Assembly: GCF_009914755.1 (NCBI RefSeq)
Contig: NC_060943.1
DNA length: 64,000 nt
Reading direction: 5' to 3' (one strand)
Origin: the human T2T-CHM13v2.0 reference genome, Homo sapiens
Shown here: positions 21,671-39,135 of the stretch, piece by piece
Layout of the letters: each line of letters opens with the position of its first letter
Numbering within the stretch: the first letter of the stretch is position 1
Position numbers and translations under genes: made by a program
The notes under the pieces: generated by a model
Seen by the model: the letters and a program-made list of their open reading frames with translations, nothing else
Told to the model about the DNA's origin: nothing
The model's database searches: none

Positions 21671-21808
21671 GATGCCAGGCATGGTGGCTTACATCTGTAA
21701 TCCCAGCACTTTGGGGGGCCGAGGTGGGCGGATCACCCGAGGTCAGGAATTTGACACCAGCCTGGCCAACATGGTGAAACCCTGTCTCTACTAAAAATAC
21801 AAAAATTA

Positions 21809-21940
<132 letters not shown>

Positions 21941-21954
21941 CTATCTCGAAAGAT

Positions 21955-22090
21955 GGAAAAGAGAGGAGAAGAGAGGAGAAAGGAGAGGAGAAAGGAGAAG
22001 AAAAAGGAGAGGAAAAAGGAAAGGAAAGGAAAGGAGGGGGAAGGGGGAAGGGGGAAGGGAAAAACAAAAGAAAAGAAAGAAGAAAGAAAT
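21955..22090 (+). repeat. Polypurine (GA-rich) low-complexity tract derived from an Alu tail
   Basis: Nearly pure A/G run. Confidence 0.85.
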
Positions 22091-22611
22091 AGCTGGACAT
22101 GATGTGTCCTGTAATAGGAACTGAGGTGAATACACCTTCAGTGCAAAGTTTGAGGTTCGTCTGCGTAGGAGTTAGGCCGTGTTCATTGTGTGCTGTAGCT
22201 GTGTTTGTGTTGCAGCTTCAATTCTTCCAGTCTTTATTTATGTCTTCTCTTTGGGTTTCCCTAGCAATTCTTTCTTAAATGGAGACTGTCTTGCAGGTCT
22301 CTCAGTTGGAATCCACAATTTTTACTCTGTAGCTCTGCTGAGGAGGAGGTAAGGTATTTCAGAGGGGACGCTTTCTGTAATCTTACGATTAGCACTCTCT
22401 TCCCCACCGTGGCCAGACGGCTCGGGTTGTAACCTTGACAAGAATTTCTTAATTTTTTTTTTTGAGACAGGGTCCCACTCTGTCACCCAGGTTGGAGTGC
22501 GGTATTGTGATCTCAGCTCACTGCAACCTCTGCTTCCAAGGCTCAAGTGATCCTCCCACCTTAGCCTCCCAAGTAACTGGGATTATAGGCAGTGCCACCA
22601 CACCTAGCTAA

Positions 22612-22743
<132 letters not shown>

Positions 22744-22888
22744 TAATTTTTCATATTTTTTGTAGAGATGGGGTTTCGCCATGTTGGCCAGGGTGGTCTT
22801 GACCTCCTGTCTTCAAGTGATCTGCCCGCCTCGGCCTACCAAAGTGCTGGGATTACAGGTGTGAGCCACTGAGCCCGGCCAAAATTCA

Positions 22889-23137
<249 letters not shown>

Positions 23138-23668
23138 TCAGAGGATAAGACTGTGCCACTGCACTCCTGCTCTGGGTGACAGAGTGAGACCTTATCTCAA
23201 AAACAAAAAAAAGGTTGGGCAGGGGGATATAGAACAATTCTGGGCCAGGCACGGTGGTTTACACCTATAATCCCAGCACTCTGGGAGTCTGAGGCAGGAG
23301 GAACACTTGAGCCCAGGAGTTTGACAACAGCCCGGGCAATGTAGGGAGACCTCATCTCTAAAGAAAAAAAAATTAGCCAGGTGTGGTGGTATGCACTTGT
23401 GGTCCCAGCTACTGTGGTGGATCACCTCAGGTGATCTGCCCGCCTCGGCCTCCCAAAGCGCTGAGATTACAAGCGTGAGCCACAGCGCTGGGCCTTCATT
23501 GGCTATTTCATGCTGAGATATCCATTTCTTCTCCACATCAGAAGCCTCCTCGCTGAGAAGGGAAATTTATGACCAATGTTTCAAGGATGCGTTTACCAAA
23601 TGAGATGACCACTTCCACGAGGGCTATTTGCATACAAAAATGGCTGCCCCTGCCTGACTTGCTCTTAC

Positions 23669-23767
23669 CTGTACACTCTCCTCTTGTTTCTTCCCTCACA
23701 ATCATCCATGGCTCTTTTCCTTGCTCCAATAAGGTGATTAAATCTGGCTTAGATACGGAATGTCCTG
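23669..23767 (-). CDS. ZNF607: ZNF607 KRAB-B exon, (A)[32 protein letters not shown]
   Basis: [15 protein letters not shown] motif. Donor ACAG|gtaaga at 23669/23668. NAGNAG acceptor (taag|cag|GA) allows a start at 23767 or 23764. Confidence 0.92.
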
Positions 23768-25429
23768 CTTACAAAGAAAAGAAGTGCCACAAAATACGGA
23801 AATCAACTTTGAAGGTAAAATTTAAAATTACAATTGCAATAAATGAAAGGTCAAAGTGATACTGAGTAAGATTTTAGAGAAGAGTGAGGGAAATAAAGAA
23901 AAAGATCACCCAGGGAGAGTCAATGTTTTTGTTTGCTGGTTTTCAAAAAAAATTTTTTTTTTTTTTTTGCGACGGAGTCTCGCTCTGTCACCCAGGCTGG
24001 AGTGCAACGGCGCCATCTCGGCACACCACAACCTCCGCCTCCCAGGTTAAAGTGATTCTCCTGCCTCAGTCTCCTGAGTAGCTGGGATTATAGGCGTGCA
24101 CCACCATGCCTGGCTAATTTTTGTATTTTTAGTAGAAATGGGGTTTCGCCATGTTGGCCAGGCTGGTCTCGAACTCCTGACCTTGTGATCCGCTCATCTG
24201 GGCCTCCCAAAGCACTGGGATTACAGGCATGAGCCACCGTGCCCAGTCTCAAAAGAAATTTAAACTTATATGTCCTCTAACTGTAGAAAGCAAGCATAAA
24301 GTGGTTGAAAACACACACTCTAAAGCCTGGGATTGGCTGGGTGCGGTGGCTCATGCCTTGTAACCCCAGCACTTTGGGAGGCCCTGAGGTCAGGAGTTGG
24401 AGACCAGCCTGGCCAATATGGTGAAACCCTGTCTCTACTAAAAATATAAAAATTATCTGTAGGTGTGGTGGTAGTGCCTCTAATCCCAGCTACTAAGGAG
24501 GGTGAGGCAGGAGAATCACTTTAACCCGGGAGGCGGAGGTTGCAGTGAGCTAAGATCGCACCACAGCACTCCAGCCTGGGTGACAGAAGACTCTGTCTCA
24601 AAAAAAAAAAAAAAAAGCCTGGGATCAATTCCTGACTCTGTCACCTTCCAGCTGTGTGTGACCTTGGGCAAGTTACTTACACTGCTGGTCAGTATTCTCA
24701 CTTATAAAATTGGGAAAACAATAAAGCTGTTGGGAGTATTAAATTACTTGATATATGAGTAAAGTAATTAGAAAAATGTTGGTGTGGAAATCACAATGCT
24801 AGCTGTTCACATTACACTGCTGCAATTATTTTACTAAGACTATACAAGAAGAGATATCTATAGTATATTCATCCCATTTTACATGTGATTTTCATGGATT
24901 ATAAGCTTCAACCATAAATCAAATGAATTCTGTCTCAGGAAATGGACTACTTTCTTCTCAATTTTAAGTAAGTTTCATTTATCCAGTCCACCACTCTATG
25001 CCTATATGAACAGTCTCTTTCAATAATAACGGCAATTCAGCACCCTCTTTCAAAGTAATATCACTGCAAATGGATCAGATAATAAAATGGAGCACTATAG
25101 CAATTCTGTGCACAAAATAAATAAGAAACCTGAACGCCCTGACAATGGTTCTACAATGAACACCAGAAAATTCCAAGCTAAACCACTGGTTCAACCCACT
25201 TACTGGGTTAAAGAGACAAATAAAAGAGGTATCAGAGGGAGGTGTGAATGTCACTGAAAGATAGAGAAGATGAAAGTGTTGAAAGGACCTGCCATTACTG
25301 ACTCAAAGCTGAAACCACCTCAATAGAAATAGAGAAAATAAATTTAGTTTCTTAAAAGGCAGCCCTGAAAACCACAACAGAAAAAGAATGTATCCTACGA
25401 AACAGATGATTCTAAATTATTCTAAATCA

Positions 25430-25597
<168 letters not shown>

Positions 25598-25691
25598 TTA
25601 CTGGGGAAATTCCAAAATGGAGTGGAGGGGCCGGGCACTGTGGCTCACGCCTGTAATCCCAGCACTTTGGGAGGCCGAGGCGGGCAGATCA

Positions 25692-25952
<261 letters not shown>

Positions 25953-26057
25953 TCACGCCTGTAATTCCAGAACTTTGGGAGGCCAAGGCGGGCAGATTAC
26001 CTGAGGTCGGGAGTTCAAGACCAGCCTGACCAAGATGGAGAAACCCTGTCTCTACTA

Positions 26058-26330
<273 letters not shown>

Positions 26331-26646
26331 CTATCAGGGAGGGGAATGAAGCAGAATTTATACATATTTTTGAAGAAGCTTGAAACACAAATAAAACTTT
26401 CTGCCTGTTCTGGGACACTTCTTAGGTATCTGACCTTTTTGAAAATGACAAAATAATAATGTTTTTCTATTAAACTAAATCATTATTATGCACATAATGC
26501 CCTGGTGGTATCTGCCTCATAACTTCTCAATCAATGTGTGTTAACTGAGGAATATTTTGACTTGGAAGATAATTTAAACTTTTAATCAAGAGATGTTTTA
26601 TGCAAAATATGGTACAGATTCTCAATTTTAGAAAACTAGGTTTCCT

Positions 26647-26695
26647 GTGACCTCGTGGTGCAACAATAGCGCATCTGACTCACGCATCTGACTCC
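26647..26695 (+). pseudogene. Tailless retropseudogene of the 5' half of tRNA-Trp(CCA)
   Basis: GACCTCGTGGTGCAACAATAGCGCATCTGACTC...CCAGA matches the tRNA-Trp 5' half up to the anticodon loop. 17-bp TSD AGAAAACTAGGTTTCCT at 26630-26646 and 26696-26712. No poly(A). Confidence 0.85.
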
Positions 26696-27368
26696 AGAAA
26701 ACTAGGTTTCCTTAAAATTAATAATTTCTTCAAGCATCAAGTACTTCATTACATTAAATCTTACCATGAGCATTTTTGTTTGTTTTGACAAAGGATTTTA
26801 TCATGACATTATTATTTTATGGTATTTGTTTTTCAGGACTTTCTATCCAAATCCACGACTTCTGTGTTTACAAGTTCCAATCCAATAGACTAATTCACAC
26901 AAAACATGAGATTTTACCCTACCTGAAGATTTAGATCCTTCAATGCCAATTTCCACCTTATCTAGCTGAAAAATTCAGATGTCTGGAAAATTTCAAAGAC
27001 TTCCCATGGATGGTCAAATGGAACTGTTGTCTCAATCGCAACAAATGACAAAACCAACCTGAAATGCGTATTATCTGTACTCAAAGAACTTGACTCCTTT
27101 CCTCTGTATCACTGCCCAAAATAGAAGAATGGGCACCTAGAGGACATTAATTTGGTCAATAACAACATGAATGCTAGTGAATTTGCAGTGGCCCACCTAG
27201 CGAGGATGCTGGGTGATGTGGTACATATTTTACTGGAAGAATGAGAACTGGAGATTAGGTTAACTGAGCACCGTCTCACGAAGGTAACTTCAGGAAAAAT
27301 GATGAGAAGACATACATGACCTAAAAAATCACACACAAACCTCCACATGGCGAGAAATATCAACTTAC

Positions 27369-27377
27369 ATAGGCCAT
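27369..27377 (-). CDS. ZNF607: ZNF607 start codon segment (ATG GCC TAT = MAY) in exon 27369-27451
   Basis: Kozak accATGG, phase-0 donor TAT|gtaagt, acceptor ttctttcag|G at 27452/27451. The sum 9+127+99+1856 = 2091 nt equals 696 aa plus stop. Confidence 0.88.
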
Positions 27378-29860
27378 GGTTTGAGACTGGCAAGAGTTGA
27401 TCAGTCCTTGGCGTTTCTCTACCAGAAGAGCAAAGTCAAAAGAACCAAGACCTGAAAGAAGAGAAGACCTTGAGACCAGCTGTGCTTTAGTGGTCCCCAT
27501 AGGACTCAAGGTAATAGTACTGTTTTCCTCTTCCATTCCAAGTTACAAACTACCTCCTCTCACATACAATTTGGGAAGATTAAGATTCTGGATAAACCCA
27601 TTTCCTCCCCCACTACCCAAGGGCCTCACCTACACAGAGTCATACATTAGAAACATACTGTCATGGAAACCAGACCCAGATAATTCAGTAGGAAATTTTC
27701 TGGCCAATGTACGATGTTGGTGAGGCAGATGGGGACCTCAGATTAGGCAGCCCTGTCCTGCTTTGAGCAGAACTACCTCTTTCCATTCCCTCCTTTAAGG
27801 GTAAAAACAGGGAACATCATCCATACCAGAACCTCTTTTTAGTCTTGAAACTGGGGAAATTGGTCAAGATATTGGAGACAGATGGCGAGTGTTCAGCATT
27901 CTAAGTCTAGCAAAGCTTCCTAGTTAAATATATAACAGACTATCACTGTCCTAGAATACAAACTAGTCATTAAATGTGAAATTGAGAAAAATTCAAGGAC
28001 ATGAAAAATATCAGAAACAATGTCAACATAAAGATCAGACTGACCAATACATTTATTTTTGTAAAATATATAAATACATATCCATCAATACAGAGAGAAA
28101 GGCTGGCAGACAGATAATCATAAAATAGGCAAGGTGGCATGCACCTGTAGTCCCAGCTACCCAGGAGGCTGAGGCGAGAGGATCACTTGAGCCCAGGAGT
28201 TCAAGGTTGCAGTGAGCCATGATTGTGCTACTGAACTCCAGCCTGGGTGACAGAGCAAGACTCTGTCTCCAAGAAACAAAAAAGTGCTTATAGTCATAGT
28301 GCTTATATCTCACTATGTATTCCATTTTGGCTGAATACATGAAACAACTAAATAAAACTAAAGGAAAAGTAAATAAACCTTTGCTTAGCAACTTCCCATA
28401 ATCAGAGTTTGATAAATAGCATTCCCTATACTTTTGTGTGGCTCTTGATTTTTTCATTATTAATACTTCCTTCACGATTATTGTAAGCACGGACATATTA
28501 ACTTGAAACATGTATGTGTTTCCAATTTGTTAAGGTGGGAATTTCAACAAAATTATTTTTTCTCTAAATTTAAAATCATCTTACTGAATGGCTTATCTTC
28601 TGTGGGTTCCTTTGGGTCCCCAAACCTAAACTCACTTCATCACCGGTTCTCAGATATGTTAGAATTGTGTCTCCAACAACATGGGGAACTGTCCCTGAGA
28701 AATCTCCTCTGTGAATGGATGATGGTCTCAATACAGCTTTATTTCAGGTCTTCTTAACAGAAGGGTTTATTTCGTTCCTAAATCTGGCAGGTAGGTCAGG
28801 ATATCCTCTAGATAGCTGCTGAATTTCCTCATGCAATTAATTTTGCTTTCTATCTAGTATCATTACAGTGAAAACTACAAGGTTTAAAAGATGTAGTATA
28901 AAACCTGTTTATCACCATACATAGCCCATAGACTCAGTGTAATTTGTTCATAGCCTGACTATTGCTATACTCAGACTGATGTCTCTGTTACGTGACATCA
29001 CCAAGTAGTTCACCTAAATCTCTCCAAACAGACTCTATCACACACTGCCTTAAACTTCCTCCTATTCAGATTTGACTTTCCTTCATAGACTGTAAAAGTA
29101 TTTCAAAGGAAGCAACTCATCTTTTCAGTGATTGTCCCATTTCAAATACTGCAATTTTCAGGTGTGGCGTAGTAGAAGCACTTAATAAAAGTCTGATTTT
29201 TTTTTTTTTTTTGAGGCAAAGTTTTACTCTTTTGCCCAGGCTGGAGTGCAGTGGCATGATCTTGGCTCACTGCAAACTCCGCCTTCTGGTTTCAAGTGGT
29301 TCTCCTGCCTCAGCCTCCCAAGTAGCTAGCTGGGATTACAGGCACCTGCCACCATACCCACCTAATTTTTGTATTTTTAGTAGAGATGGGGTTATCACCA
29401 TGTTGGCCAGGCTGGTCTCAAACTCTTGACCTCGTGATCTGCCAGCCTCAGCCTCCCACAGTGCTGGGATTACAGGTGTGAGCCACCACGCCCGGCCCAA
29501 AAGTCTTTTTTACCACAAAATTCACAGGTACACTTGTAAGAATTTTTAAAAAGGAAATAACGATAGAAGTACACAACCAATACGTACAATACATTCATCA
29601 AAGATAATTTTTGATTATCGAAATTAAAAACACAAATATTAAAAGCACAATAGGGAGTAGGTTAAACATATTATTCTCCGGACTATGGTAACATCCTATG
29701 CCATGATTACTAAGATTGATCTTAAATCATATAATCAAAGGAAAATAGTACCAAGGATGAGTTAGTAAATAAGACAGGTTTAAAAACGTATGCACCCAGT
29801 CGGGCGCAGTGGCTCATGCCTGTAATCCCAGCACTTTGGGAGGCCGAGGTGGGCGGATCA

Positions 29861-30364
<504 letters not shown>

Positions 30365-30585
30365 TTACGTGGTATCCTGCTGAAATTAAGAAGACAGGCT
30401 GTCTTCTCACTCTCAAAAGTGATACTGAGTTTTGCCTTATGAGAGATGCTAACATATGAATGCCTGTTTCCCCATCAGCAAATAAGGGATAGGAATATAT
30501 CCTACTTAACGAGACAGTTCTGAAGATTAATCAAGATGATCTATAGAAACACGAAAAAAGTAAAATATGATAGCTACTGTAATAA

Positions 30586-30868
<283 letters not shown>

Positions 30869-31847
30869 TGACCAGGCTGGTCTAGAACTCCTGACTTAGT
30901 GATCTGCCCACCTCAGCCTCCCAAAGTGCTGGGATTACAGGCATGAGCCACTGCACCCAGCCACTTTCTGTTTCTTAAAGTTTGTGCTTCATGGGCTTTC
31001 TCCTACTCATAATTCCGAATTTACAAATTTCATGGCCCACCTTTAAGAAAATACAAGTCTTCTTTAAAAAAAAAAATTAGGTTTTTTTTGGCTGGGTGTG
31101 GTGGCTCACGCCTGTAATCCCAGCACTACAGGAGGCTGAGGCGGGCGGATCATCTGAGTTCAAGACCAGCCTGACCAACATGGTAAAACCCCATCTCTAC
31201 TAAAAATACAAAATTAGCTGGGCATGGTGATGCATGCCTGTAATCCCAGCTACTCAGGAGGCTGAGGCATGAGAATTGCTGAACCCAGGAGGTGGAGGTT
31301 GCAGTGAGCTGAGATCGTGCCATTGCACTCCAGCCTGGGCCACAGAATGAAACTCCACCTAAAAAAAAAAAAAAAGATGATCAGATAAGTAAGGAGAAAA
31401 TGCCCCTTTCCTTACTCCCCAGCAGGTACAGAAAACAAGGAAGATACCACTCAGCCTCACATACATTCAAAGAACTGGATCTAATAAAGTGCTAGGTCAA
31501 GAATATTAAGGAGAGTGAATCTTATTTTCCTGCCAAATACAAACATTTATGTGAGTATTTGTAAATATCACAATACCTATTTGTTATTATTACTGAACTA
31601 TCTTTGGAAATATTACCATACTTGCAAGACATCTGGAAATCATAGATTACCATGCTTTTCTCTGCAGTAACTTTGCATTTCTAAACTACTAATTCTGAGA
31701 GGATGTCTTCATCATTTGTGCCCTGTTAAGTTTTAAATCGCATTTTTAATACCTAAAAGGTATAAAAACTTGGATTGTTTTTCACCTCTGAAGGAGGTCC
31801 CTGGTAGCTCCCTCTCCTCTTAAAATGCAGAGATATATGAAAGCCCA

Positions 31848-32275
31848 TGTCAAAAGACCTAGTTGCAACACATTGACTTACAGATCTAATGGGCTTTGTG
31901 ATTCATGAAAGGGGTAGCCTCCATTGTACAAAATAGCGTAAGAGCTCCTACTGAGCAATGGAGAAACAGTGGATTTTGTAAGGTGGAAACAAATAAGAGA
32001 ACTATAGAAAAAAAAATTGATTGGTGACTATCAGGCTACTTCAGTTTACTTTTTTCTGGAAGGTTAAGCGGAGGTCATTTCCTTATTATGCTGACTCAGG
32101 TAGACTGGAGTCTCCTGTTTTCAGGAAAAACTGATCTGTTTGGAACTCTACCTGCTCCCTTAAAGTTTCAGTTTTGTAATGTGGCTTTTAGCATGAGTGA
32201 CTTCATTTTGGTTTAGTCTGGTCTGTTGGAGCCTAGTGCAGAAGCTCAGTCCAAAGTAATGGTGTCTCATCATAC
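31848..32275 (-). mobile_element. MER57/MER93-group ERV1 LTR; contains AP-1 site TGACTCA at 32092-32098
   Basis: TGTCAAAAGAC end and AGCATGAGTGACTTCATTTTGGTT...GCCTAGTGCAGAAGCTCAGTCCAAA motif. Confidence 0.55.
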
Positions 32276-32883
32276 TGGTTTTATATCCATGGTTGGGTTA
32301 GATTCCTTTTTCTAACTAAAAGTAGGAGTCTGTCTATTTCATTAATTCTCTTCTGTAAAGACAAAACCACACACAAGTGCTCACACATGAAAACTGAAAA
32401 CATATACACCCAAATTTGTAAAGTGATTCTCTCTGGGCAGGGAGGTTTGGGTTATTCTAAATTTCTTCTTTGAAACTATCTTAGGGAGTGAAATTTTTGT
32501 GACGAAACTGCCTTAATTCCATCATCATAAATATAACTTCAAGATATTTCAAAGTAGTAATAAACTATTTCTAAAAGTATCCTTATGGGGAGAGGGTACA
32601 TGTGTCATTAAAAGAAATCTAAATATTAGGCCTAGAATGAAAAATCAGCGTGACTAAAACATGTAACTCTTTGTCTTCTTGAACAGCCTTTAGCTGTGTT
32701 TCTTCTACATAACTAGAAACAATTCACTATAAAGATTCTTTCCTTAGTGGACAGGGAAATGGCTTCTGCACATCTAATGGGAACAGGTACACAAAATAGG
32801 TCCAATAATTTGGGGCACACATTATATGCTCAGTAAATGTAGCCACAACCCTTTCATTCCTCTCTGAAAAACCAATTAAATAA

Positions 32884-33147
<264 letters not shown>

Positions 33148-33257
33148 TAGCCAGGATGGTCTCAATCTCCTGACCTCATGATCTGCCCGCCTCGGCCTCC
33201 CAAAGTGCTGGGATTACAGGCGGAAGCCACTGTGCCAGGCCCAAAATTCCATTTTTA

Positions 33258-33443
<186 letters not shown>

Positions 33444-33450
33444 TCAGCTA

Positions 33451-33648
<198 letters not shown>

Positions 33649-34324
33649 TTAAACATTAGATCACAGCTATTTATCCTGTGACAGATTCTTTACAAACATA
33701 AATCTTATTATTTGTATAATATCCAATCCCTTGGACGCTGTATAATTTTCTTAACCATTCCCATAATCTCGTTCATTAGTTTTCTGCAAAACCATTCAAA
33801 GGTATAAAACTCTTTGATTCCAGATCTAAAACCTGAGTCTAAATAATTTGGATTATGGACATCCTAGAAAAATGCAAATTAACAAACATGTACAGGAATT
33901 CTTTATAGAATTTCAGGGGGTTTGTGATGTCCCTTATGCCCATAAGGGCATTGGTCTACAGACAGTACACCAATGACCGAGAATTCCTATTTTGGAAAAC
34001 TTAAATTCTGGCTCACTTCCTTCACATCACGGCTAAGTTCATATTCTTGTTGCTTTTGATCTACAGAAATCCAAAACGGAATATCCAAAATTGCCTCATA
34101 ATACTTAGCGCTTATGTTTCCCCCCTCCAAGGCTGCAGGCGCGTAATTTCATATACACGACCAGAAGGAAGTATGTTGGATGGAACCTGCAATCATCCTT
34201 CACTGCAGGTTCTTGGGGTCAGAATTCAAGGCCGTGTTTGTTAAACATGTAAATGAAACTCCAAGAACCGGGAGGTGGGGGCGGAGTAACAACCCTTTTC
34301 AGGAGGGAATCCTACACTCGAAAC

Positions 34325-34755
34325 TGACAAACCCTGCCAGACCAAATTTTAGTCAGGCTACTACACCTTCAGCTAGGCCCATCTGTACACTTCACTGTAA
34401 AATCTGGCTATAGCAAAGAACTATTCTAAGTCAGTTTAGCAAGACCCTTTCGCCTCCGTATCTTCATCCTCCACCGTCCCCCAGGTCTCTCTCTCCAGAA
34501 ATAATCCTGTTAGGTGCGTTTAGTCAGAATCTTCCTTAACCCAGACATTTCCTCTTAGTAATTTCTCATCCAGTGATCCCTAACCTTCTTGGCTATAAAT
34601 TCCCACTTGTTCATGCTGAATTCGGAGTTGAGCCCAATGTCTGTTACCCACTGCAAAATCTCACAGCCGGGATCCCAATACCTACCACCATGGTCCTGAA
34701 TAAAGGGTTCTTTGCATGCTTTAACAAGTGTCACTGAATACTTTTTTATTTAACA
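34325..34755 (+). mobile_element. MER31-like ERV1 solo LTR next to the ZNF607 CpG island
   Basis: TGACAAA...TTTAGTCAGGCT, CTAAGTCAGTTTAGC, GGCTATAAATTCCCACTTG, AATAAA, ...TTTAACA. Confidence 0.75.
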
Positions 34756-35354
34756 GAATCTATCATACCTTTCTTAAGGGCAATTACTCTTCTAAGCTTC
34801 TCATCCTATCTGTTTCTTCTCACTGGAAATCTTCATCTAAGACTCAGTATCTGATTTCCCACTGGGACCATTTCTCTGTTGTAGTCGTACTAGGCTGAGG
34901 AAGGCACAGGAAGCAGCAGGGAACCTGGAGCCAAGGGTCAATAGACCCCACAGAGCCCAGCGAAGCACGCTTTACAAAGGACACACACGGCATGTACAGG
35001 TCACACAAGGTCGACTACGCACCCCTCACAGTCCCGCAACTGCACCCACGTCACACAGGCAAGCCGGTCCTGTCGCCGCTGCGCGGTCTCTCACGCTCCC
35101 CGCCTGTCTCCTAGAGACGGGCCCCTCCTCCGCAGCTCCAGCACCCTAGGGCCTGAGGAGGCGGGAGACTCGCCCGGCCCGCCTGGGGGCCTCCGCGCTC
35201 TGAGCGCCTCCTGCAGCCCCACTCTCACCGCCACGCAGGGTACCACGCGGGCGGCGGGCTGGGGCTGCAGAGGCTCCCGCAGTGACCTGCGCCGCCTTCT
35301 TCAGGTGGAACCAAAAGGTCCCGGAACCGGAGCCAGGGGTCCAAGTTTTCTCCG

Positions 35355-35376
35355 TTGCCTTTGGAATATGTAGTCC
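35355..35376 (-). promoter_or_regulatory. ZNF143/THAP11-type motif (GGACTACATATTCCAAAGGCAA)
   Basis: Resembles the ACTACAnnTCCCA element common in KRAB-ZNF promoters. Confidence 0.45.
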
Positions 35377-35528
35377 AAGCCAGAACAGTCAGGACCGCAG
35401 GTACCGGTGAGAAATGGAGTCCAGAATCCTAAAAACCTACGAGAAATACGGCAGCGACCACTTGGACCGCGCCTCCCACCCACCGCTCGAGCCCCGGAGA
35501 CTTCTGGGAGTGGCCGCCTTGCCTCGAG

Positions 35529-35540
35529 TGCGCATGCGCA
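35529..35540. promoter_or_regulatory. NRF1 site (perfect palindrome TGCGCATGCGCA)
   Basis: Exact match to the NRF1 consensus inside the CpG island. Confidence 0.75.
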
Positions 35541-36666
35541 GATCGGCCACTACTGGGCCCCTGGCCTGAGGCTTAGGGTGGAGTTAGTGCGTTCTTAGGG
35601 CCAGTAGGAGGCGAGTCTGAGTAGAAACTGATCCAGGTAGCCTCGGAAGGGATCACCTGCTGGATGGGTGTGAGCTCCTCAGGGTGGGGCGCCGAAACCT
35701 TCATGGCTCCTGAGGTAGAGCCGGCCTCCTTGGTAACACATGGGACTGGGACTTTTAATACCACCCGACAGGCCCAGCTTGTCTCGTCAAGCGCTAAGTA
35801 AATGGACTCACGTCCTATATGAGGGTTTGAAGTTCCATCACATTCTTCAATACATGACATTATGTTCTTCATCTTTGGACACGAATATATTTGACTAAAA
35901 ATTTGACTGAAAAATCATCTGAAGAAATAACTGCTAAATAGTTTTATTATTTTTGTTCTGGAATAGGCTTCTTGAAGATAAAATAAGAAATTTAAAAAAT
36001 TTTTTTGATCCTTCATGTAATACTTTGTAAATCTTCATAGTTATTTAGAAGCATCCAAAATTTCCAAATGGTAAAAAACGAATAAGAAAAATTTTTAGGT
36101 AAGTAAATTTGGGGGAAATATTTACAACAGCTAAAACGGACAAATATTTAATAGTCCGAATTTCCTGTTTCTTTGGCTTAATAAAATATTGATGAATACA
36201 GGCTGGGCACGGTGGCTCACGCCTTTAATCCCAGCATTTTCGGAGGCCAAGGCAGGAGGATCAGTTGAGGCCAGAAGTTCAAAACCAGCCTAAGAAACAT
36301 AGTGAGACACCCCTCTCCTCCTCCCAAACTCTACCAAAAATGAAAGTTAGCCTGGTGTGGTGGCACACGCCTGTGGGCCCAGCTATTCCAAAGACAAAGG
36401 TAGGAGGATCAGTTGAGCCCGGAAGTTCAGGCTTCAGTGAGGTATGATGGTGTCACCGCACTCTGGCCTGAGCAACAGAGCAAGACCTTGTCTCAAAAAA
36501 TAAATAAGTAAAATTAATTTAAAAATAAAAAATATTTGTCTATACCCTAAGAGGAAAAGGAACAAAACTAAAAAATCACCATTCAAAAATACAAATAGTC
36601 AAGGAAAAAAAACTATTAAAGTTACAATTTAAGAACTTATTGATCACTTTTTCTTCTCTTAATTAG

Positions 36667-38480
<1,814 letters not shown>

Positions 38481-38685
38481 AAATAAAAAAGAAATACAGA
38501 GTTTTCAACAAGTAAAAACTGAGAGCATTTGTTGTTAGCAGATCTTCTTTATAAGAAATGTTAAAGAAAATTCTTGAGAAAGAATAGGACAGAATCAGAA
38601 ATTTGTATCTAAACAAGAAATGAAGAGTCAGAATTAAAGTTAATGGAAGTAAAACCATTTTTTTCCTCATATTTAGTTTCTCTGA

Positions 38686-39135
<450 letters not shown>

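Larger units (their letters stand above)
35000..35720 (-). promoter_or_regulatory. ZNF607: CpG island, promoter and non-coding first exon of ZNF607
   Basis: GC- and CpG-rich block. Candidate minus-strand donors ACT|gtgagg (35030/35029) and GCG|gtgaga (35229/35228). Confidence 0.8.

Noticed and set aside
26647-26695. Functional tRNA-Trp gene
   Set aside because: Only the 5' half is present, with no T-arm/B-box or 3' acceptor strand.
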